Shown here one piece after another: positions 33,719 through 42,990 of a DNA stretch of 64,000 nt. The position numbers and the translations under genes were made by a program. The notes under the pieces were generated by a model. The model was given only the letters and a program-made list of their open reading frames with translations. It was not told the origin of the DNA and searched no databases. The stretch's first letter is position 1; each line of letters opens with the position of its first letter. This DNA comes from Escherichia phage vB_ESM-pEJ01, in sequence record OP114734.1; one strand, written 5' to 3'.

Positions 33719-34960
33719 ATGACTCATATTTTTACTGAACTGTTGCGGGAATCTACTTCCTCAGTAGCTAACCAGACAGCGCGACCGCAACTATTATCAT
33801 TAACTCGCGCGGTAAACAACCTGATTTTCTCTGATCTGGTAGCAATCCAGCCAACGGATCAACCAGTATCTGCATTGTACGGCCTACGTTATCTTAATCA
33901 TGATGGTCAGATGACTTTCCGAACTGCTGCGACCTACGGTGGCGCGGCTGGTGATCGCACAGAGATTGAAGAGTTTTCAAAAGAAAAATCTTATGAAGAA
34001 GGCGCACTATTCAAATCAGGCGATGTTGTATACGAAGTTGTGACCGCTGGTACAGTCGGTGAAGATGCCGCAACTCCAGAAGCTGCGATCTTTAAAGGCG
34101 TAATGACAAACAAAATTCGTTTCTATAGCGATTGTGCATCGGTAGAATACTTTGAAGATAAAAACACCGAAATTTCGTCTACCTCTATGCAGTTTGATAA
34201 ATGGCAGGTTAATGTAGGTTCTCGTAAACTGAAAACCTCATTCACGACCGAATTGATGCAGGATCTTGAGGCAAGCCAAATCAACTCTGAAAACTCTGTA
34301 ATTGATCTTCTGGCTACTGTTGCTTCCGAAGAGATCAACAAAGATATTATTCAGAAGTTGATCACTGTATCATCTCGCTATAAAATTAAAGGGATCACCC
34401 CTGATGGCGTACTTTCTCTCGTTAGCGTTCAGGATGCACCAACACAAGCGCGTGAACTTTACCGCTACGCGTGCGAAATGAGCAATCAAATGTTGCGTAC
34501 TTCCTCCTTTGCTGGTACATACGTTTTGGCTTCTTCTCGCGTGGTTGGCCTCCTGCAATCTACCGGGTGGATGGAAGAAACCGACAATGCTCTAAGCGAA
34601 GGTCGTCTACGTTGCGGTCTGGAAGTGTACGCAGACACGACAACACCTTTCGATTATATGCTCGTTGGTTGTAAGCACATGATCGGTGATATGGAGAGTG
34701 TAGGTTCTCTGTTCTACTCCCCATATACAGAAGCCGACGGCGCTGGCGCGTATAAGAGCGTAATTGACCCTAATAGCTTCCAGCATCATGTAGCTATTAT
34801 GAATCGTTATTCACTCTCTGTCAACCCATACACATCAAAAGTTGATCAGGAAGAACACCAGGTCATCAAGGGTGACGATTGGGGTAAAATGGCTGGACGT
34901 TCAGAAATGTCCTACATTTTAGGAATCGAACTGCCACCGCTTGAGATTGACAACGCTTAA
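33719..34960 (+). CDS. 24: capsid vertex protein gp24
   Basis: start moved to ATG at 33719 giving MTHIFTELLREST..., matching the T4 gp24 N-terminus region (ELLRESTT); gp23 paralog. Confidence 0.9.
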   Translation: MTHIFTELLRESTSSVANQTARPQLLSLTRAVNNLIFSDLVAIQPTDQPVSALYGLRYLNHDGQMTFRTAATYGGAAGDRTEIEEFSKEKSYEEGALFKSGDVVYEVVTAGTVGEDAATPEAAIFKGVMTNKIRFYSDCASVEYFEDKNTEISSTSMQFDKWQVNVGSRKLKTSFTTELMQDLEASQINSENSVIDLLATVASEEINKDIIQKLITVSSRYKIKGITPDGVLSLVSVQDAPTQARELYRYACEMSNQMLRTSSFAGTYVLASSRVVGLLQSTGWMEETDNALSEGRLRCGLEVYADTTTPFDYMLVGCKHMIGDMESVGSLFYSPYTEADGAGAYKSVIDPNSFQHHVAIMNRYSLSVNPYTSKVDQEEHQVIKGDDWGKMAGRSEMSYILGIELPPLEIDNA

Positions 34961-35548
34961 CTAAATATCTAACCAAGACAAGTCAGATCCGCCCAAGATT
35001 TTTTCGACGGCGGATCTATTTTCTTGATGATATAAGTTAAAACATGGTATCCCATGTCTACGGGCAACATAAACAGCAATTCGAGTTCCTCCCGAAACGA
35101 TTCCATTAACTTCTTTCGCCCAGAATATCACACAATCTACAGGATCATCAAGTGTCTCACCTAAGACTTGAGCAACATTTCTAGAAAACAGATTTTGCAT
35201 GTATAACGGTATAGAACGAGGATTATCATAAACGTGTTCTAATTCATCCATCGCCAGATTCTTTTGTTCTAAGGTTTGCCATGCAATAACATCATGACCG
35301 TTATGCTTATGGTCATAAAACTTCCAAATTGGAATGAAAATTTTTCTATAATCTGGATCGTAATACTTCATGAAAGCATTGTCCATACCGTAAGCCCCTC
35401 CAGAATGCGCTACAACGCGATTTTCTGACAATACCCTCCCAATGGTACTAGCCATTATCAAAATGTCGTTAGGCGCTTTTCTAGAGCCTATCAAAGCACA
35501 TCTACGAAGTGGTTTTACTCCAAATAGATCTTGTAACTGGTCAAACAT
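34961..35548 (-). CDS. DprA/Smf-like (SLOG-type Rossmann) domain protein
   Basis: ALIGSRKAP...RVVAHSGGAYGMD resembles the DprA motif (GSR...SG.A.GID); second glycine-rich segment VSGGTRIAVYVARRHGIPCF; RBS GGAGGA. Confidence 0.55.
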   Translation of the reverse strand: MFDQLQDLFGVKPLRRCALIGSRKAPNDILIMASTIGRVLSENRVVAHSGGAYGMDNAFMKYYDPDYRKIFIPIWKFYDHKHNGHDVIAWQTLEQKNLAMDELEHVYDNPRSIPLYMQNLFSRNVAQVLGETLDDPVDCVIFWAKEVNGIVSGGTRIAVYVARRHGIPCFNLYHQENRSAVEKILGGSDLSWLDI

Positions 35549-35691
35549 AATATTTCCTCCATAGAAAGCAATATCATACTACAAGTTAATAACAAATGCA
35601 AGTATCCGCGTAGCGGAAGCGAGCACAGCGAGCAATAAAAACACTTCCAGTAATTGATTAATAAATGTTCGAAACAAATTTTTATTATTCT

Positions 35692-35727
35692 ATAAGATAA
35701 GTCTTCGTTTTGATCATAATTTAATCA
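35692..35727. repeat. imperfect direct repeat copy 1 in AT-rich intergenic region
   Basis: 26-nt core TCTTCGTTTTGATCATAATTTAATCA identical to 35851-35876. Confidence 0.5.
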
Positions 35728-35840
35728 TACATGTAAAAACTACACAAAAGGATATCGCTTCGCGAACCCCTACGGAGTATAACATTTGTGTTACAATATG
35801 TAGTGATTAATAATTAACCAAAGATACATTTTCTATGTTC

Positions 35841-35876
35841 TAAAGATCTTTCTTCGTTTTGATCATAATTTAATCA
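35841..35876. repeat. imperfect direct repeat copy 2
   Basis: same 26-nt core, 149 bp downstream of copy 1. Confidence 0.5.
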
Positions 35877-35927
35877 AACAGTATTAATATTGTGCACATG
35901 TAAACTAAAATTATGTTAATAACAGAT

Positions 35928-35958
35928 ACAAAAAAGCCGCCCAGAAGGACGGCTAATG
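35928..35958 (-). terminator. intrinsic terminator after the 145-aa gene
   Basis: on the - strand: hairpin AGCCGTCC/GGGCGGCT followed by UUUUUU. Confidence 0.55.
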
Positions 35959-35962
35959 TTAA

Positions 35963-36400
35963 TTATTTGTTGATAACGATCTGATTTCGGCGAATGGTAA
36001 CATTACTCTTAGAGATGATCAGATCATCCGGCACTACGTTAGTTTTGTATGGTTGGAATCGAACAAGCATCTGATTGCGTTTAGACCATTCCTTAATCTT
36101 GATTTCCATCTGGATATTGTTGCCTACGTGAGCAACCGCAATTTCACCTTTATTCTCATAGACCCACTTGCTGGTAACGTCTCCAGCAAAAGCCTTAATA
36201 ACTTGCAATGCTTCGTCGTATGCGGTAGAGCTGTGAACTTTCAGAAGGCCAGCCGTAGCAAGACGGGAGCAGGTGATCGCCGGAGATTGCCAAACATCAA
36301 CATTAATTTGCTCAATCAGAGTAACACCGCCCTGATCAACTGCTTTGAATGCTTCGAACATTGCCTTTTTCATTGCTACGTGGTTTTTACGGAATTTCAT
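35963..36400 (-). CDS. hypothetical protein (145 aa)
   Basis: ATG with RBS GAGGTG; no family recognised. Confidence 0.5.
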   Translation of the reverse strand: MKFRKNHVAMKKAMFEAFKAVDQGGVTLIEQINVDVWQSPAITCSRLATAGLLKVHSSTAYDEALQVIKAFAGDVTSKWVYENKGEIAVAHVGNNIQMEIKIKEWSKRNQMLVRFQPYKTNVVPDDLIISKSNVTIRRNQIVINK

Positions 36401-36446
36401 AATTAGTCACCTCTATTGATTAGTTATTCAGAATATTAATTACAAA

Positions 36447-36722
36447 TCAGGACATTGCCCGTTTGAATGCGTCCATTATAACAGTGTTATTTGGCTTGTC
36501 AACACGTTTTTGAACTTTATTTTTAAATTTTTTGTTGATGTGGTGTTTACGATAAACAACCTTTTCACGATTGGCGTAAGACTCTCGTGCATCTTTTACC
36601 ATCAACCATGCCTTAGCCGCATCTTGTCCGCTGATCCCGCCAATCTTCTTAGCAATATCAACAAAATTAAGACCGTGGTCTTCGCGTAGCATGTAAACCA
36701 TTAACGCTGTTTTCTTGTCCAT
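36447..36722 (-). CDS. hypothetical basic protein (91 aa)
   Basis: lysine-rich C-terminus; abuts the upstream ORF. Confidence 0.45.
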   Translation of the reverse strand: MDKKTALMVYMLREDHGLNFVDIAKKIGGISGQDAAKAWLMVKDARESYANREKVVYRKHHINKKFKNKVQKRVDKPNNTVIMDAFKRAMS

Positions 36723-36919
36723 TACTTCGCCTCATTGACGATTAACAGGATAGTGATCAGTACCGGAAACTGGATCATGACAGTACCAAAAAACCGGATA
36801 AACGCATTTTCTGACTTCCACACATGACATGCGACTAGCTGATAGACCATTGTTGCAACCAAAGCCAGAAAATACATCTCGATTGGTGCTTCTTTGATCA
36901 ATCGTACAATCTCATTCAT
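36722..36919 (-). CDS. small predicted membrane protein (65 aa)
   Basis: two hydrophobic segments; downstream of an early-type promoter. Confidence 0.45.
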   Translation of the reverse strand: MNEIVRLIKEAPIEMYFLALVATMVYQLVACHVWKSENAFIRFFGTVMIQFPVLITILLIVNEAK

Positions 36920-37046
36920 ACTTCACCTCATACATTCATAAACACAACAACGAATAATACAGTAACAGTTATCAACGCCATTTTCAACCCCATATTCATA
37001 ATATTTTCTTCTCCTCACTATGGACAGTAGCATGTCGATGCGTGCC

Positions 37047-37074
37047 ATTATAGGCATCTAAATCGCTCTGTCAA
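37047..37074 (-). promoter_or_regulatory. sigma70-like promoter (TTGACA-N16-TATAAT) downstream of hoc
   Basis: - strand -35 at 37069-37074 and -10 at 37047-37052; directed at the small ORFs at 36.4-36.9 kb. Confidence 0.55.
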
Positions 37075-37086
37075 GCACAAAAACAA

Positions 37087-37114
37087 AAAAGCCACCCCGA
37101 AGGATGGCTGATAG
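37087..37114 (-). terminator. intrinsic terminator after hoc
   Basis: - strand hairpin with UUCG loop (AGCCAUCC-UUCG-GGGUGGCU) followed by UUUUUU. Confidence 0.65.
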
Positions 37115-37120
37115 ATTTCA

Positions 37121-38335
37121 TTAAGCAGGATGCGTTTCACGAATGCGTAGAACTCGCTCTAACGTATCTCGGTCCAGTTTATGTAACTCTTTGGAATGAT
37201 ACATGAAACCATTGCGAGATTCCATGCAAGTGCAGTCACTATATTTTTCTTCCGCTGCCGCGATTGTCTCCAGATCTTTGGCGTACTTGCTGGTTGAATA
37301 AACTTCTCTGTTACGCCACTCTAACCCAGCCTCATTGAATTTAACAATCTCGTCAAATACCCACCATCCAATGTAGATAAATGAAGTTTTGCGCCACGGG
37401 ATCGGGTGTACGTAACGAAACATTTTAACAACTTCCATTGAACATTTTCTACTTGTACTTGTTGCAACTTCTACTGTTTCATCTTCGATCTGTTGATATA
37501 GTTTAGCAACACACCAGAATTTGGCTGTGTCATCGTAAGTAGCACTCTCTTTGAACAGATGACCGTCTGGAGTGATAGAAAATCCTTCCAGTGCTTCGCC
37601 AACCTCACTACCGATCAGAGTCGGTGGTATTTGCCCTTCGCGCTGCAAATACCAGTTATATTTGATCGTCAAATTAGGCATACCGCTAGAATCGCCTACA
37701 ATGTTCTCTGACACAACATAATTAAGTAAGATCTCATTACCTAGTGCCACGGTCTTTGATTCCACCACATCCTGATCTACGTTCATTGTTGCCAGCATGA
37801 TTTTAGTCGATGCGCTAGCGGCTGAATCTTCCGACTCACCCCACACTTTTACAGTATACACGCCGTTTTTATCTGCTGTAAATTCTTGGATCGTAATATC
37901 CTTTTTTGTGTCTATAACGCCATCGCCCTTACTCCAACTATAATGTAGTTCATAGTTGTCTGATGGAGTCTTCCCACCCGAAAATTTTACTGTTGCATGT
38001 AATTCTACGTTTGTTTGTGATGATACGTAGAAATGCTGCGGTTCGGTGATATTTACGATTAATTCAGCTTCTTCAATGAGGAAAACTTCAGATTCTACTG
38101 ATGTCATCGTATCGGTATCCTGTACCGTTACTTTATAGCTACCCGCATTTTCACTTGTTGCGTCTGCTACAGTTAGCGTAGCTGTGCTATTTTCATGCGG
38201 TTGGTCGTCTTTTGTCCATGTATATGTCAAATTGCTGGGTAATGGTTCGTCACCCGCTACAGTCGCCGTTAAGGTGAAACCATCTCCAGCAAGAAAACAT
38301 CTTTTGTCAGATTTAATTGATACTGTGAAAGTCAT
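37121..38335 (-). CDS. hoc: highly immunogenic outer capsid protein Hoc
   Basis: N-terminus MTFTV; Ig-like repeats; C-terminal capsid-binding region YVHPIPWRKTSFIYIGWWVFDEIVK...ESRNGF matches T4 Hoc (YVHPLPHR...GWWVMDEIQK...ESRNGY). Confidence 0.85.
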   Translation of the reverse strand: MTFTVSIKSDKRCFLAGDGFTLTATVAGDEPLPSNLTYTWTKDDQPHENSTATLTVADATSENAGSYKVTVQDTDTMTSVESEVFLIEEAELIVNITEPQHFYVSSQTNVELHATVKFSGGKTPSDNYELHYSWSKGDGVIDTKKDITIQEFTADKNGVYTVKVWGESEDSAASASTKIMLATMNVDQDVVESKTVALGNEILLNYVVSENIVGDSSGMPNLTIKYNWYLQREGQIPPTLIGSEVGEALEGFSITPDGHLFKESATYDDTAKFWCVAKLYQQIEDETVEVATSTSRKCSMEVVKMFRYVHPIPWRKTSFIYIGWWVFDEIVKFNEAGLEWRNREVYSTSKYAKDLETIAAAEEKYSDCTCMESRNGFMYHSKELHKLDRDTLERVLRIRETHPA

Positions 38336-38504
38336 ATAAAGCCACTCCCATAGAAAATCCGAATTTAATTAATTGAAATAGTTGATTGCCATCAACCAGA
38401 TAACCATTGCGAGATTCCAATACATGAGTATTAGAATAGTGATGCCACGAGGCCGAAATAGTATCGATCTCGTCTGGGTATTTGTTCTGTTTGATGTAAT
38501 ACAT
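38313..38504 (-). CDS. small ORF resembling the Hoc C-terminal tail (possible remnant)
   Basis: contains ESRNGYLVDGNQLFQ, like the Hoc C-terminus; in frame with the upstream inh-like ORF but separated by two stop codons. Confidence 0.3.
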   Translation of the reverse strand: MYYIKQNKYPDEIDTISASWHHYSNTHVLESRNGYLVDGNQLFQLIKFGFSMGVALYDFHSIN

Positions 38505-38600
38505 TGATTTTGTTAGACATGTAGTATCCTCTTTTTAATTGCATAACGGAACTACAATTAAAATTATAACAAATATTTCACAACTTTTATCACCCAAAAA

Positions 38601-39326
38601 TTACTTGAGTGTGTGGAATTGGCTGTGTTTAGTCTCTCGCACCTTGACAGACCCATCGCGTTTGATATAATAGATCAGCGACTTGAGGGTGTCGTGTACA
38701 TACGCGTGCGGGAAACGTTCTGGATACTTCTTCCAATCTGGAGTATTAACGATCCAGTCGAAAATCCACCACGGGCAGGAGTAGTAACCACGACCGCCAC
38801 CGATCAAGCAAATGGTCGGACGGAAGCCAGTAAGATCGCAAAATGAATCAGTGTCATGTGCTGGGGAACGATGCTCTGCTTCGTTAGAGAAAATGTTGGC
38901 TACCGGAGATTCCACTTTAACTTCCGGTGCTTCTTCAACATATGACTTAACTTCTTCGACCACTGGTTCAACTGCCGGAGATTCTTCTTTTGTTTCTTCA
39001 ATGACGATCTCAGGTTCTTTCATTGCTTCAACCAGAGACGGATCAACTTCGTCGAATACCACTTTATCATCTGCGGTGTCTGCTGCCAGAATAAGATCGT
39101 TAATACTGGTTCCTTCCGCCGGAGTTTCTTCTTCCATTTCGGAAGCCAGTTTAGTTAATTCTGTTTCTACGAACTCGATCATGTTCTCTAGCGAGAGCGT
39201 CTTTTTGACCTTTATATCAAATTGTTTTGCGTAGTCCGCTAATTCTGTTTTAGCGACTTTCTGTGATTCTTTGTCGTCGGACGCCGCAATAGCGCGGAGT
39301 TCTTCGAAATATTCTTTATCAAACAT
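38601..39326 (-). CDS. Inh-like head protein (by position) with acidic low-complexity centre and Hoc-like C-terminal motif
   Basis: position between hoc and uvsW as for T4 inh; E/P/V-rich acidic linker; C-terminal CPWWIFDWIV resembles Hoc GWWVFDEIV. Confidence 0.45.
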   Translation of the reverse strand: MFDKEYFEELRAIAASDDKESQKVAKTELADYAKQFDIKVKKTLSLENMIEFVETELTKLASEMEEETPAEGTSINDLILAADTADDKVVFDEVDPSLVEAMKEPEIVIEETKEESPAVEPVVEEVKSYVEEAPEVKVESPVANIFSNEAEHRSPAHDTDSFCDLTGFRPTICLIGGGRGYYSCPWWIFDWIVNTPDWKKYPERFPHAYVHDTLKSLIYYIKRDGSVKVRETKHSQFHTLK

Positions 39327-39352
39327 GTTATTCTCCTGATTGGGGGTGTTTG

Positions 39353-39360
39353 TATAAATA
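39353..39360 (+). promoter_or_regulatory. T4-type late promoter TATAAATA upstream of uvsW
   Basis: exact TATAAATA 37 nt upstream of the proposed uvsW ATG. Confidence 0.55.
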
Positions 39361-39396
39361 TTTGTATACTGTATTTATTGAGTGAGGCTATTCGCT

Positions 39397-40899
39397 ATGC
39401 AAGATATTAAAATTCACTTTCTGAACTACTCCCATGTTCAAATTGAATGTAGCGATTCAATTTTATTAGAAATGCGAGATTATTTTAGTTTTGAAGTCGA
39501 GGGAGCGCGGTTTCAAAAAAGATTTAAGTATGGTGGATGGGATGGGCGTATTCGTCTTTTAGATTACAACGGAAAGCTGCCAATCGGCCTAACTAAAACC
39601 GTGGGAATCTTCGCTAAAAATATGGGCTATAGCGTATGGGTAGATCCTCGCTTATTCGAAAAAGAACAAGTTACAGAAGAAGAAATTACAAAATGGTGTA
39701 ATGACTTAGAATTATATTCCGGTGCTAACAGGATCACCCCGCATTGGTATCAATCAAAGGCCGTCTTTGAAGGTATTCATCATAAACGCCGTATGTTAGT
39801 TTTGCCTACGTCCGCTGGTAAATCTGCGATTGCTTGTATGTTGTCTCGTTGGTACTTAGAGAACTACGAAGGGAAAGTGTTGATCATCGTTCCTACCACG
39901 TCGCTAGTGCTGCAAATGCGTGATGACTTTGTTGATTATCGCCAGTTTCCTTATGAAGCAATTCATACTATCATGAGCGGTACTAGTAAACACGTAGGTG
40001 ATCGCCTGATCGTTGTTAGTACGTGGCAATCTGCATGTAAACAACCTCGTGAGTGGTTCCAACAATTCGGGATGGTTATTGTTGACGAATGTCATAAAGC
40101 CACTGCTAAAAACCTGCTAAACATCGTTACTGATATGGATCATTGCCAGTTCAAAATCGGTATGACTGGTTCCCCGAAAGAATCAAAGTGCCATTTAATG
40201 CAGTATGTCGGGCTTTTCGGTGATATTTCTAAGATCGTGAGTATTGACCGCCTGATGGAAGAAGGCCAGGTGACAAAACTGAAAATTAACTGTCTTTTCC
40301 TTCGTTATACCGATGAGGAATGTAGCGCGGTTAAGGGGCGAGAATATGCGGAAGAGATCAAGTATATTACGTCTAACCCACGACGAAATAAGTTTGCTTG
40401 TAATTTGGCGCTAAAACTCGCTAAGAAGGGCGAAAACGTATTCCTGATGTTCCGCAATACTAAGCACGGAAAACTTATGTATGACGCGTTACAGAAGGTA
40501 CACGACAAGGTTTATTATATTGACGGTGGAGTTAAGACAGAAGAACGTGATGAATTTAAGAAAATGGCGGAGGGTGACACCGGGATCATTTGTGTTGCGT
40601 CTTATGGTGTGTTCTCTACTGGTGTTTCAATTAAGAATTTGCACCATGTTATTTTCGGTCATCCAGTGAAGGAATCAACTATCGTTCGTCAGAGTATCGG
40701 TCGTGCATTGCGCAAACATGGTTCTAAGGATATTGCAACGGTCTGGGATCTTATAGATCATCTGGCGGTGAAGACAAAGAGCAAGAATGCTAAGAAACAG
40801 TTTAGTCACCTTAATTATGCTCTTAAACATGCCCTTGAAAGAATAAAAATTTACAACACCGACCGATTTGAATATGTCACGAAAACCATCGAGATTTAA
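39397..40899 (+). CDS. uvsW: UvsW DNA/RNA helicase
   Basis: start moved to ATG at 39397 (MQDIKIHF..., T4 UvsW begins MDIKVHF); FSFE..G.RF..RF.YG.WDGRIRLLDYN and Walker A LPTSAGKS match T4 UvsW. Confidence 0.9.
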   Translation: MQDIKIHFLNYSHVQIECSDSILLEMRDYFSFEVEGARFQKRFKYGGWDGRIRLLDYNGKLPIGLTKTVGIFAKNMGYSVWVDPRLFEKEQVTEEEITKWCNDLELYSGANRITPHWYQSKAVFEGIHHKRRMLVLPTSAGKSAIACMLSRWYLENYEGKVLIIVPTTSLVLQMRDDFVDYRQFPYEAIHTIMSGTSKHVGDRLIVVSTWQSACKQPREWFQQFGMVIVDECHKATAKNLLNIVTDMDHCQFKIGMTGSPKESKCHLMQYVGLFGDISKIVSIDRLMEEGQVTKLKINCLFLRYTDEECSAVKGREYAEEIKYITSNPRRNKFACNLALKLAKKGENVFLMFRNTKHGKLMYDALQKVHDKVYYIDGGVKTEERDEFKKMAEGDTGIICVASYGVFSTGVSIKNLHHVIFGHPVKESTIVRQSIGRALRKHGSKDIATVWDLIDHLAVKTKSKNAKKQFSHLNYALKHALERIKIYNTDRFEYVTKTIEI

Positions 40900-40942
40900 T
40901 AAATAGGGGCTTTAATGCCCCTTTATTCTACGGAGATTAAAA

Positions 40943-41179
40943 ATGATTAGCTTTAAACGTTTTTTGGTTGAGGCCGCTATTGACGGTTTCATGCGTAAGA
41001 TTTATTCTTGTAATACTATCGAGGGATTAAATGAACTTGAGGCATATTATGAGAAGCGCAAGAAAGAAACAGAATTGAAACCTGCTGATGATATTTCGAT
41101 CCGTGATGCCATCGCTGGACGCCGTAAGCAACTGGAAGCGGACAACGAGCCGGAAGAGGAGCCGGAAGAGGATTTTTAA
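40943..41179 (+). CDS. uvsW.1: UvsW.1-like small protein
   Basis: 78 aa immediately downstream of uvsW, as in T4. Confidence 0.6.
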   Translation: MISFKRFLVEAAIDGFMRKIYSCNTIEGLNELEAYYEKRKKETELKPADDISIRDAIAGRRKQLEADNEPEEEPEEDF

Positions 41180-41183
41180 GATA

Positions 41184-41209
41184 TAAAAAAGCCCCATCAA
41201 TGATGGGGC
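41184..41209 (-). terminator. hairpin terminator (- strand) between uvsW.1 and the uvsY upstream ORF
   Basis: palindrome GCCCCATCA/TGATGGGGC with A-run on + strand (U-run on - strand). Confidence 0.5.
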
Positions 41210-41247
41210 AAAATAAACCAATTAAAATCGGTTATCAACAAATTACA

Positions 41248-41418
41248 TTAACAGCATTGTTTGCTCTACGAGTTGTTCTTGTTCTTCGCCGTTCGCATCT
41301 TCACTAATCGAACGTTCTGTTACTAGCTGTAAGCAGTAGCCAGTGTGAACAACGCCGTTTTCTGTCTGGACGGATAACGCATCCTCGACAGGTTGTTTAC
41401 AACAAATACAGATTTTCA
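41248..41418 (-). CDS. small Cys-rich protein (56 aa) at the uvsY.-2 position
   Basis: manually found ORF MKICICCKQP..., below the track length cutoff; position only. Confidence 0.4.
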
Positions 41419-41440
41419 TAAAAATTCCTCCTGCATGTAT

Positions 41441-41848
41441 TTAGCGACCAGATTCCAGCATACGCAATTCTATAGCATTCTTGATCGCAAAGCCACGAGA
41501 TTTAACGATATCAAGTGCGCGACCAGCAAAATCCATTACCATCTGGTAATATGCAATTTTCGTATCAAGCGGTAAGATCTCGTCGTCTGCTGCCATGACA
41601 ACTTTCAATTCTGATTTCTCATATTCAGCACGACACCAGTCATCACTACGGTTAGTGTAAAAATCAAGACGATTTTTCATAGCCTTTTTCTTTTTAGCCT
41701 CAAGAGCAATCGTCTCTCTTTTCGCCTCGCTGTAAATCCTTAACCACTTTGAGTATACTACCGGATTATTCAGCGCCTCCCATTGCAACTTAGTCGCATC
41801 GATCTTCATGTCAGCTTCTAATTGTTCTTTCAAATCGTTTAGGTCCAT
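41441..41848 (-). CDS. uvsY: recombination mediator UvsY
   Basis: 135 aa; KLQWEA.NN...YSKWL and C-terminal KSRGFAIKN match T4 UvsY (KSRGFAIKH). Confidence 0.9.
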   Translation of the reverse strand: MDLNDLKEQLEADMKIDATKLQWEALNNPVVYSKWLRIYSEAKRETIALEAKKKKAMKNRLDFYTNRSDDWCRAEYEKSELKVVMAADDEILPLDTKIAYYQMVMDFAGRALDIVKSRGFAIKNAIELRMLESGR

Positions 41849-41895
41849 AATATCCCCTTATTCACACTAAGACCTATATCATATCACACACAAAA

Positions 41896-42294
41896 TCACT
41901 TTGCAAGTCTTATGCGTAGTTGTTCAAGATCATCTGGGTTATCTATTACTGAAAAGTAGATTGATACTATGATCGAGTTGTCATCATACTGCGGAGTTAC
42001 TTCTACTGTCAGGTTTCGGACCCGTGGTTCATAGTTTCGGATCGCCTCATTGATGTTTTTTGATAAGGTATCCACTGTCAGTGGGTTCATGTTCTCAAAC
42101 AGTGATTTATTGAGATCGCATCCAAACAGTGGATCAAATGGACGAGATCCTTTGCGAGTAGTTACGATCAGTAGAATAGAATCCTTAACCGCTTTAATCC
42201 CTATGTTCTTTTTAACGTCGTTATTCCACGATCTGGATATATTGAGATCCAAATCAGTATACATCTGATTAATAGTTGCCATGTTATACCTCAA
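41896..42294 (-). CDS. 25: baseplate wedge protein gp25
   Basis: 132 aa; TTRKGSRPFDP.FGCDL and FSVIDNPDD..Q match T4 gp25. Confidence 0.9.
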   Translation of the reverse strand: MRYNMATINQMYTDLDLNISRSWNNDVKKNIGIKAVKDSILLIVTTRKGSRPFDPLFGCDLNKSLFENMNPLTVDTLSKNINEAIRNYEPRVRNLTVEVTPQYDDNSIIVSIYFSVIDNPDDLEQLRIRLAK

Positions 42295-42920
42295 AGAATT
42301 TTAAGGAAACTGGATAGACCTGATAATGAATATACACCAGATTCCCCGCATTCGCACTTGATCGGTACTGCCAGCGTGATTTGATTTCTTGTTAGCTCGT
42401 CGATCACTTCTTCCACTTTATCCGTGGTAAGCATATCCAGCACGCGGTCAAAGTCCTGTGCGTTCAGGTCGTCTATATTGAATTGCTGATCGCCGATCAC
42501 GATATATTCGATACATGCAATTACCATCTGCATAATATCAACATCTTCTGTAAACTTAGGTTGACGAAACTTGATTTTTACTTGTCCTAAGTCTAGAATA
42601 TATGGTTCAACTTCTGGTATCTGTGTGCGTGAAACATCAAGAGAGTATACTTTCTCTTTATTGCATACACCACACACCCAAGTAGCATCAATTTTCATCT
42701 TATTGAGGCTGTGACACCATAAGAGAAGAAAAATATATTCTGCTTCGCATTTCTCTAGCTCTAATGCATTGATCCCCGTACATTCATGTATGATCTCTAT
42801 AACAACCTCTGACAGCTTGCCAGTCTCTTTTGCTGCTACCAGTTTTTGAAATTCGCCGAAGGTGAAAGCACGGGCGTGTATCAACTTTTCGCCTAATTGG
42901 ATCTTGAAAAAGTATTGCAT
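42291..42920 (-). CDS. 26: baseplate hub subunit gp26
   Basis: 209 aa; synteny 25-26, divergent from 51; ATGA overlap with gene 25. Confidence 0.75.
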   Translation of the reverse strand: MQYFFKIQLGEKLIHARAFTFGEFQKLVAAKETGKLSEVVIEIIHECTGINALELEKCEAEYIFLLLWCHSLNKMKIDATWVCGVCNKEKVYSLDVSRTQIPEVEPYILDLGQVKIKFRQPKFTEDVDIMQMVIACIEYIVIGDQQFNIDDLNAQDFDRVLDMLTTDKVEEVIDELTRNQITLAVPIKCECGESGVYSLSGLSSFLKIL

Positions 42921-42990
42921 AATAAAACACCCTTTATAAACACATAGAATTATTTAGTATTTTATAAATACCCGAAAGGGGGATTATACC

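Noticed and set aside
34961-35548. RNA ligase 2 (rnlB) at the position next to gene 24
   Set aside because: The protein is only 195 aa and has no nucleotidyltransferase K-x-D-G motif; the motifs fit a DprA/SLOG-type Rossmann domain instead.
35549-35962. tRNA gene in the long non-coding gaps (also checked 32983-33650)
   Set aside because: No acceptor stem / T-loop (GGTTCGAAT-like) combination was found; GTTCGAAAC at about 35664 has no flanking stems. Manual inspection only, so a tRNA scan would be decisive.
38505-38603. Programmed readthrough or frameshift joining the inh-like ORF to the 63-aa Hoc-tail ORF
   Set aside because: Two in-frame stop codons (38601-38603 and 38535-38537) separate them and the intervening codons read as a hydrophobic non-coding-like string; decay or an independent small ORF is more likely.
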